DNA from: Candidatus Poribacteria bacterium
Lineage (GTDB): Bacteria > Poribacteria > WGA-4E > PCPOR2b
Direction: 5' to 3'
Length of the DNA stretch: 64,000 nucleotides
Assembly: GCA_965116925.1 (NCBI GenBank)
Contig: OZ220744.1
Span: 3,616,001-3,680,000, forward strand
Below the pieces are notes generated by a model, which had not been told where the DNA came from, made no database searches, and saw nothing but the letters and a program-made list of their open reading frames with translations. Positions within the stretch are counted from its first letter, which is position 1; every line of letters starts with the position of its first letter. Below are positions 57,171 to 64,000 of the stretch, one piece after another. The translations under genes were made by a program, and so were the position numbers.

Positions 57171-58589
57171 ATGCGTCAAATCGAAGGACATCAACATCAA
57201 ACCGCTGAAGTCTACGACATCGGTTCACAACGCGAATTGTTTGTTGACCGCTATCTCATTGACAGTCTTGATGGTACAAGCCTCAAGCTGCATCACCCCC
57301 AGCCTGCGGGGGTGGCTATCCGGTACAATCAACCGTGGGAAGACCGTCTCGCTTTTTATACAACGGTTCTCAAAGACGGAGACATATATCGCATGTACTA
57401 CCGGGGGAGTCTCATGGGACAGAGACCACACCCGACCTGTTATGCGGAAAGCGGGGACGGCATCCACTGGACAAAACCGGATCTTGAGATCGTTGAACTC
57501 AACGGTTCAACAAAGAACAACGCGATTCTACGGCACAACGGTCAGTTTTGCCCGTTTGTTGACACACGTCCGGGTGTTCCCGAAGCCGAGCGATACAAGG
57601 CGAACGCCCGCGATCAGCGGCAACCGAGCAGTCTGGTGGGTTATACGTCCGCCGACGGTATTCGCTGGACGCGGGTGCGCGATGAACCCATTGTTCCGAT
57701 GGCTTTGGAAAACAACTTTGATTCTCAGAATGTAATGTTTTGGTCAGAGGTTGAGGGATGCTATGTCCTCTACGCCCGCCACATGGTCAGTGATGCTCGC
57801 ATTCGGTCAACAGCACGGGCAACATCAACGGATTTTCTCAACTGGACAGAACAGACCCCGATGACCTTCAGTGATACCGGCAGTGCAACCCCCTCGCAGC
57901 ATCTGTATACCAATCAAACGCACCCGTACTTTCGTGCACCTCATATCTACATTTCACTTCCTGGTCGCATCCACTTCAATAGACCTGCATTGACGGAAGA
58001 GCAAGCTGCCGAAGTCTGCCCGGACCCAGTCAGTAGCGGTGGGGCAGACATCTCGGATGGAGTACTGTTGACCACGCGGGCGGGCACAACGCATTACGAC
58101 TTTACGTTCAAGGAAAGCTTTATTCGTCCGGGAATCGGTTACACCAACTGGACATCACGGACAAACTATCCCGCGCTTGGGGTTGTACAGACCGGTCCGA
58201 CCGAGATGTCCCTGTATGTTCAGAGAGGTTATGACCAGCAGACAGCACACCTTGATCGCATGACGCTCCGAATTGACGGTTTTGCTTCGGTGAACGCGCC
58301 TTACACGGGCGGTGAAATGGTAACCAAGCCGTTTACGTTTTCTGGGAAGGAATTGGAGATTAATTATTCCACCAGTGCAGCTGGAAGTCTCCGCATTGAA
58401 GTTCAGGAGGCGAGTGGGGTGCCTGTTCAAGGCTATACCCTGGGTGAATGCCCAGAGATTATCGGTGATGAATTAGAACGAATCGTTTGTTGGGAGGGAG
58501 ACGGCGATATTAGTAAACTGGATGGGATCCCAATTCGCCTGCGTTTCACAATGAAGGACGCAGACCTGTTTTCATTACGCTTTCGTTAG
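57171..58589 (+). CDS. Putative beta-propeller glycoside hydrolase-like protein (GH32-clan-like)
   Basis: RELFVD, YRMYY, ESGDGIHWTKP, SADGIRW, FDSQN and LRIDGFASV motifs. Confidence 0.65.
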   Translation: MRQIEGHQHQTAEVYDIGSQRELFVDRYLIDSLDGTSLKLHHPQPAGVAIRYNQPWEDRLAFYTTVLKDGDIYRMYYRGSLMGQRPHPTCYAESGDGIHWTKPDLEIVELNGSTKNNAILRHNGQFCPFVDTRPGVPEAERYKANARDQRQPSSLVGYTSADGIRWTRVRDEPIVPMALENNFDSQNVMFWSEVEGCYVLYARHMVSDARIRSTARATSTDFLNWTEQTPMTFSDTGSATPSQHLYTNQTHPYFRAPHIYISLPGRIHFNRPALTEEQAAEVCPDPVSSGGADISDGVLLTTRAGTTHYDFTFKESFIRPGIGYTNWTSRTNYPALGVVQTGPTEMSLYVQRGYDQQTAHLDRMTLRIDGFASVNAPYTGGEMVTKPFTFSGKELEINYSTSAAGSLRIEVQEASGVPVQGYTLGECPEIIGDELERIVCWEGDGDISKLDGIPIRLRFTMKDADLFSLRFR

Positions 58590-59881
58590 TGAGACGCTTC
58601 GCCAGAATGCACCCTATCTTTCAAGAACATAACGAGTGGCAGCGCAAATAGCATCACTGCCCCGTTTGCATAAAAGATGGCTTTCAGACCGTAGGTATCC
58701 CCGACGAAACCAGCAAGGTATGGCGCAGTCGCAGAAGCGATGAAACTCAGGGTATAGTGCAGCGCATAACCTCGGCTACGGAATTCCGCATTGAGCGTTG
58801 GGGCGGTTCCGACATAAATGACAGAGGAGGTTCCATTTAACATAAACCCAAACAGCGGCAGGAACAGCACAAGAATCCATCCTGAAGGTACTGAAGGCAG
58901 CGCAAAGCAGCCAAGTATCATCAATAACTCTGTCAGCAGAATGATTTTTTTGATGCCCAACTTCTGAATTGGCAGTCCGCACAACAGTTTCCCCAGAGCA
59001 CCGCCGAAAAACGTTAAGGACATTAACCCACCCACGGCACCCGCTTCAACACGGATCTTGATTAGAAATGCCAGAAACGTTGTAACAGCAGCCCGGATAC
59101 CGTTATCCAAAAGTCCGAGGATTGAGTAAATCGTAAACTGGGTCGGCTGTGCTATTCCCCACGCCTGAAACGTCCTCCACTTTGCACGACTACCTTTCTG
59201 TCCTTCCGCTTTCGGTGTAGTCTGTTTCCTTTTTGTACCGATATCTGATCGAAAAAAGAAGATATACAAAATAGAGGCTGCAAGCCCGATCGTTCCCAAC
59301 ACCGTGCAGCTTGCGCCCCAGCCAATCCTAATGACCAAGATGCCCGCTAAAGCGGGGAAAAGCACCTTTCCAACATCGCCAAAGAAGTTCAGCGTGCTGA
59401 TTGCCGGTCCCGCCTTTTCAGGGGGATAAACATTTGAGACAAGGGCAGTTCCCACCGGGTGATATACCCCACCACCTACCCCGGATAAAAAAATTAGGAT
59501 CAGTGCTAAGGGATAACTGAACGCCAGAATCAGCCCGATGTAACTCAAGCTGAACCATGTCGTGCCTATGCCGAGGATCAGAATGTCTCCGATTCGTTCA
59601 GCGAAAATCCCGGCGGGTATTTGGGTCGCGCTTATCGCTCCATGGCTTGCGGTTTTAAGAAAACCGGATTGGGCGTAGGTTAGATTCAGATCTACTGCGA
59701 TGAACGGAAGCAGGATAGATAGACTGGAGATGTAGCCATCGTTGATGATGTGAAGTACACTACACCACCCTAGATATTTCTTGGGTTTCGTTGAATTCGG
59801 AACGTTTACAGAATTGGGCGTTGAAATGATCGCCTCCTTTTTAACTTGAGATTTGTGTCGGAAAACGGCAGGAGTTTTCAT
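58586..59881 (-). CDS. MFS transporter
   Basis: HIINDGY, GGGVYHP and about 12 TM segments. Confidence 0.88.
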   Translation of the reverse strand: MKTPAVFRHKSQVKKEAIISTPNSVNVPNSTKPKKYLGWCSVLHIINDGYISSLSILLPFIAVDLNLTYAQSGFLKTASHGAISATQIPAGIFAERIGDILILGIGTTWFSLSYIGLILAFSYPLALILIFLSGVGGGVYHPVGTALVSNVYPPEKAGPAISTLNFFGDVGKVLFPALAGILVIRIGWGASCTVLGTIGLAASILYIFFFRSDIGTKRKQTTPKAEGQKGSRAKWRTFQAWGIAQPTQFTIYSILGLLDNGIRAAVTTFLAFLIKIRVEAGAVGGLMSLTFFGGALGKLLCGLPIQKLGIKKIILLTELLMILGCFALPSVPSGWILVLFLPLFGFMLNGTSSVIYVGTAPTLNAEFRSRGYALHYTLSFIASATAPYLAGFVGDTYGLKAIFYANGAVMLFALPLVMFLKDRVHSGEASH

Positions 59882-59908
59882 GAGTTTCGTACTAGCGTCC
59901 GGCTGCTA

Positions 59909-61753
59909 CTAGGGTCGTCCGCTACGCAGTGGATTATCCGACGCGAAATGGGTTTTGTCTATCTGCGCTACCGGCAGCCATGAACGATATGGAGATCCAC
60001 CTTCGCCTGCGCTGCCGAAGTCACAAAGCCTCAGTTTGCAACCATCTGGAGCGGTATACTCCACACGCACAACGGTTGGCAGCGTATCCTTATTGCTTAT
60101 CAACCGCCCTTTGATCGCTGTGGCATCGAGCGCAGGAATCTCGTCGGGATCCATTGCGTTGAGTCTTCGATCATAGGTCAACAAAATGGGCCCCCGGTAG
60201 ATGGAAACCCTTCCGTCGCACTCTTTCTCACCGACCCAGTAATGGAGCGACATATCCAGTTCAAGCTCAATCTTATCCCCAGTGCTCCATTCCCTATCCA
60301 GTACGAGATAGGTCGCCGCGGACACCGATTTCACGCGCTCACCGTTCAATTTGACGCTCGTTTTGGAAGACCAGTAGGGAATGCGTAATTTCAGAACAAA
60401 CTGTGCGGGGTGTGAGGGCGAAACATTAATTATAATCTTCCCTGTACGGGGGTATTCCGTTTCCTGCGCCAACTCAACAGTTACCCCCGATGATAACCGA
60501 GTTTTCATGGTGGAAGGTCCATACCAATTAAGTATCAATCCACCTCTGCAGCCCAGCAATGCCCAATCGCTGACCATACCCAACCCGCGGGGACCGTTGA
60601 CACTACAGCAATTCAGTTCAGGACTGCCCTCCCGCGCTTGAAACACGATGTCATGGGCACTAGCACGACGTACACCGTCCATCGGTGTGTTATAAGTCAC
60701 CCACCGCCCGGTATGGGAATGCAGTCCGGTAACCGAGTTCAGGGTCGATAACTCGATCTCATCTGCGACGACGGAGTTTTCGGTCAGGCGTAACATCTCC
60801 ACGCTAGCAGCAATCCAAGCAATCGTGCAACAGGTTTCAATTGCCCCCTGATGATACGGATTTCCTTGTGCCTTCTCGCCGGATGAGAAACCACCGTTAT
60901 TGTGCCGGTCCAGCTTGACAATACTCCACCAGATCCTCTCAAAGGCTATTCGATAGTGATCATCCCCAGTGATCCAGTAGAGCTCTGCCATGCCCATAAT
61001 CGGATGCAGACTCTCCCATCTCGGCTTCGGCGTTTCGTAGAATTCCCGTCCAGCAAGCCCACTCCGAAGATAATCACCAGCGAGGGGACCATCGGGACCC
61101 TCTGCAGCGAATTCATCAACGATCTGAAGTGCCATGTCCAGATACCGTTTGGTCTTCGTTTTCCGGTGGAGGAGACAAAGGGTGTGGATGACTGCCAAGT
61201 TCATCTCTGTGCTACCGGTATCTACCAAGCGGTTACCTATATTCCCCAAAAACTGCTGGCAGATCAGGTCTGCGATTCTAATTGCGCTATTAAGTGCCTT
61301 TTTATCCCCGCTCTCCTCATGCCAGAGGATTAGCCCCAGCATAATATGGTAGTGTCCCCAAGCATCCCACGTATTTCCTCCTTTACCTCCGACGTTGGGT
61401 GCCTCACCTGTCAACTGACTCCCTTGGGGCCAAGGGCCCAGATAACCGTCTGTGTCCTGGAGTTGAACAAGCTGATTTACAAAGTCTCGGATAAAGGTTT
61501 TCAGGCTTGCATCTTGGGTGAGTCGGAGGATCTGCACGGCACTCGTCAGATATTTGCCGGCGAACTCACCTGCCCAAGGCACTATATCGCGGAGCGGCTG
61601 CCGATCCCGATCTCGGAAGATCTCCAACATCGCCGGATTTGCCAAAGGTGCCGCCTTCAACCACTGTTCCGTAACGCCGGTGAGATAATCGGCGAAGTAC
61701 CCCCCGAATGTATATCCGGTTTGAGGGATTCGGTTACATTTTGGGTGTTTCAT
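59909..61753 (-). CDS. Glycoside hydrolase family 127 (beta-L-arabinofuranosidase-like)
   Basis: GEFAGKYL, QDTDGYLG, ETCCT and NCCSVN motifs; QETEYP..G, LRIPYWS and GPILL. Confidence 0.88.
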   Translation of the reverse strand: MKHPKCNRIPQTGYTFGGYFADYLTGVTEQWLKAAPLANPAMLEIFRDRDRQPLRDIVPWAGEFAGKYLTSAVQILRLTQDASLKTFIRDFVNQLVQLQDTDGYLGPWPQGSQLTGEAPNVGGKGGNTWDAWGHYHIMLGLILWHEESGDKKALNSAIRIADLICQQFLGNIGNRLVDTGSTEMNLAVIHTLCLLHRKTKTKRYLDMALQIVDEFAAEGPDGPLAGDYLRSGLAGREFYETPKPRWESLHPIMGMAELYWITGDDHYRIAFERIWWSIVKLDRHNNGGFSSGEKAQGNPYHQGAIETCCTIAWIAASVEMLRLTENSVVADEIELSTLNSVTGLHSHTGRWVTYNTPMDGVRRASAHDIVFQAREGSPELNCCSVNGPRGLGMVSDWALLGCRGGLILNWYGPSTMKTRLSSGVTVELAQETEYPRTGKIIINVSPSHPAQFVLKLRIPYWSSKTSVKLNGERVKSVSAATYLVLDREWSTGDKIELELDMSLHYWVGEKECDGRVSIYRGPILLTYDRRLNAMDPDEIPALDATAIKGRLISNKDTLPTVVRVEYTAPDGCKLRLCDFGSAGEGGSPYRSWLPVAQIDKTHFASDNPLRSGRP

Positions 61754-61770
61754 CCTGTTTCTCCCTTATT

Positions 61771-61878
61771 TATGGTAGATTTTAGAATTAATGGGACACT
61801 CCAAATCGGCGCAGTTAGAAACAGCACCTACCAAACATGGGGAGCGAAAGTGTTTATTTATTTTTTGAATTCACTATA
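61771..61878. mobile_element. MITE family C intact copy
   Basis: TATGGTAGATTTTAGAATTAA...TGAATTCACTATA. Confidence 0.85.
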
Positions 61879-61899
61879 GTTCATTTGTTCATTAGTCCA

Positions 61900-62133
61900 C
61901 TAGTACTCAGTCATATAAGTTTTGCATATCAACAAGGGGGTCGGGTGACCCGACCCCTACGAAGTATTATGAGTCTCTATCCATATAGACAATCATAATT
62001 TGCCTGACAGTGTACTAGTACTCAGTCATATAAGTTTTGCATATCAACAAGGGGGTCGGGTGACCCGACCCCTACGAAGTATTATGAGTCTCTATCCATA
62101 TAGACAATCATAATTTGCCTGACAGTGTACTAG
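61900..62133 (+). mobile_element. Two identical tandem family F MITEs (115-bp unit) sharing CTAG junctions
   Basis: CTAG at 61900, 62015 and 62130; the units are identical by eye. Confidence 0.9.
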
Positions 62134-62179
62134 TTCATTAATGAACCAATGAACCAATATATTAATGAACCAACATAAG

Positions 62180-63049
62180 CTACTGCCAGTGTGAAGGAAT
62201 GATAATGTCCTCAAAGCCAAATTGATCGGCAATCCACTGTTCCTGAAACATCCCGTCCTTATAGGAGGAACGCTCGCTCTGCCGGACATCAGTTTCACCG
62301 GCTAACGCTTCTTCTAATGGTGCGACAGCATCTGGGTTTCCTAAAAGCAGTGTCCGCGCTCGCACGTTGGGGGCAAAGAAAATCGGATCGAAATAGGAAA
62401 GCGTCCGCTTGACCTGTGCCTCCTTCTCCGGATATAAACGGAGATAATCTTCAACCTCGTCCGGCACCTGATCGCCGGTGTTGTAAAAACTCCCAGGCGC
62501 AGCGACAACATGGGTCACTTCAGGTCGGAGCGCTGCTGTCAATAATGGCATACCCTCCTGCTTAATTGCTGCGAGGCGGGAGCGATCTACTTCCGGGCGT
62601 GTCAGCAGGTAGTCAACAGCCCGCAACCAATCCGCAACAAACCCACGAAAGATAGAGGTCTCTGGTGCATCAATGCCCTCGGTCATCATGCCGGGAAATA
62701 ATCCTGCATACGGTTTATCGGCATTGCGCTGTCCACGTCCAGCGGTTGAAAAAACGAGAAAGCGTCCACGTTTCTCGTTGGCGTCTCCCTGTGGCAGTGG
62801 ATCCGCAACGCTGCGATATGCTGGACCGAGCAGCAGGGTCGGAAATGGTCCGTCCCCATGCGGAATGCTTAAATAGCCGAACAATCGATAGGGTCCAATG
62901 CCGGTGAAACGTACCGTGTAACATTCGCAGAACTCCGTCGATCGAATCGGCAGATGTTCCTCTTCGGGGGCGATGGGAGTCGCTTCCAGTTCATGGCAGA
63001 CCTGCTGCCAATACGCATCAAAATCTTCGGGTCGAGATGTATTAGACAT
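62180..63049 (-). CDS. Acetylxylan esterase (CE7)-like protein lacking the canonical catalytic motif
   Basis: RPEDFDAYW, RGQ, DWLRAVDYLLTRPEVD and LSYFD present, but LAAIKQEG replaces G.SQGG. Confidence 0.75.
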   Translation of the reverse strand: MSNTSRPEDFDAYWQQVCHELEATPIAPEEEHLPIRSTEFCECYTVRFTGIGPYRLFGYLSIPHGDGPFPTLLLGPAYRSVADPLPQGDANEKRGRFLVFSTAGRGQRNADKPYAGLFPGMMTEGIDAPETSIFRGFVADWLRAVDYLLTRPEVDRSRLAAIKQEGMPLLTAALRPEVTHVVAAPGSFYNTGDQVPDEVEDYLRLYPEKEAQVKRTLSYFDPIFFAPNVRARTLLLGNPDAVAPLEEALAGETDVRQSERSSYKDGMFQEQWIADQFGFEDIIIPSHWQ

Positions 63050-63085
63050 AATGACTCCTGTAAAATGGGACTAATAAGGGATAAA

Positions 63086-64000
63086 TCAGTAGTTTTGCAA
63101 ATGGTTTTTGAAGAAATCTTTTAGGATTGCTCCATGATGAACGCTGCCGGCATCGTGACCGTGTCCGTCGTAGGGGTAGATCTGCTTATCTTCGGAGGCG
63201 ATGGTATTAAAGGCAGCGTAACCTGTTTCTGGCGGACATACGTTGTCCTGTAAACCGATATAGACCATAATAGGACAGGTGATCCGAGGACCAAAGTTTA
63301 TACCGTCGAAGTACGCCAGCGTGTCACGCACCGCTTCTCTCCGCTCAGGATAGAGCCGTAGATAGTCACGGATTTCTTGGTATGGATAGGTATGCGTCAA
63401 CTCAATTGAATCCATATATCCACAGAGATACGGGCAACCAGCCGCTGCGGCACGGATTTCAGGACGCAACGCCGCTGTGGAGATTGCGAGTCCACCGCCC
63501 TGACTGCTGCCGGAGACACCGATTCGCTCGCCATCAACCTCATCGCGCGTAAGCAAGAAATCAATCGTCCGGGCTGCATCAATATAAAAGCCACGATAGG
63601 TATAGGTGTTTCGATCAACGATATTATGCGTCAACAAGCCTGGGTAACCGGGGTTAAACTGTTGGTTACTGCGGATCTTACCACGCGGGGCGACGGAGAA
63701 CGCAGCGTAACCGTCCTCTGCCCATGACCGCGGAATGGGGGGATCTTGAAGGTAACCCGGCACCTGTATGATGGCAGGCAGTTTCCCTGATCTTTCACGC
63801 GGCACGGCATACCAGCCAGCGATACGCACACCGTCGAGACTGTCGTAGTGCACGTCATAAACTTCAATCTCTGGTGTACTGCGTAGCGGCACCAACTCCG
63901 CCGTCGCGTTCAGCGGAATTTCCGCCGACTGTGCTAGTAGCCCGTCCCAGAACGCATCGAAGTCATCGGGTCGCGTGACGACTGTACGATATTGGTCGGC
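63086..64000 (-). CDS. Acetylxylan esterase/cephalosporin-C deacetylase (CE7), 5'-truncated by window edge
   Basis: Frame open to 64000 (ADQYRTVVTRPDDFDAFW...); GSSQGG, LAYFD, GLQDNVCPP and GHGH triad motifs. Confidence 0.92.
   Translation of the reverse strand, partial: ADQYRTVVTRPDDFDAFWDGLLAQSAEIPLNATAELVPLRSTPEIEVYDVHYDSLDGVRIAGWYAVPRERSGKLPAIIQVPGYLQDPPIPRSWAEDGYAAFSVAPRGKIRSNQQFNPGYPGLLTHNIVDRNTYTYRGFYIDAARTIDFLLTRDEVDGERIGVSGSSQGGGLAISTAALRPEIRAAAAGCPYLCGYMDSIELTHTYPYQEIRDYLRLYPERREAVRDTLAYFDGINFGPRITCPIMVYIGLQDNVCPPETGYAAFNTIASEDKQIYPYDGHGHDAGSVHHGAILKDFFKNHLQNY

Noticed and set aside
61900..62133. Possible CRISPR array
   Set aside because: The 115-bp units are fully identical with no unique spacers and there are no cas genes; better explained as tandem MITEs.

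Overview
Gene-dense bacterial chromosomal window (~50% GC). The gene mix suggests Candidatus Poribacteria or a similar sponge-associated/PVC-like heterotroph, which is an inference only: three enolase-superfamily MR/MLE enzymes, three Gfo/Idh/MocA oxidoreductases, PhyH, sulfatase, GH127, CE7 esterases, an NHL-repeat protein and an ECF sigma factor with a long C-terminal extension. Housekeeping genes are purL-purQ-hisC, an Fe3+ ABC transporter (perfect sigma70 promoter plus Fur-like palindrome) followed by thiE-thiD, and uxuA. There is also an MNT-HEPN toxin-antitoxin pair and an orphan HicB. Highlights the ORF track does not explain: (1) a hidden SelW/Rdx-family selenoprotein (CxxU, in-frame TGA plus SECIS-like hairpin) at 12440-12670; (2) a dense, nested population of at least six non-autonomous TIR-bounded miniature element (MITE) families, with target-site duplications of different lengths (TA, CTAG, 5, 8, 9 bp), which carry interchangeable GTAG-type REP hairpins and insert into one another; (3) a ~1230-aa Omp85/BamA-like protein with N-terminal DUF4097-like and CBM9-like passenger domains; (4) a tandem CE7 esterase pair whose second copy has lost the catalytic motif; (5) an internally deleted MazG-like pseudogene. 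No rRNA, intact tRNA, CRISPR array or transposase gene was seen.
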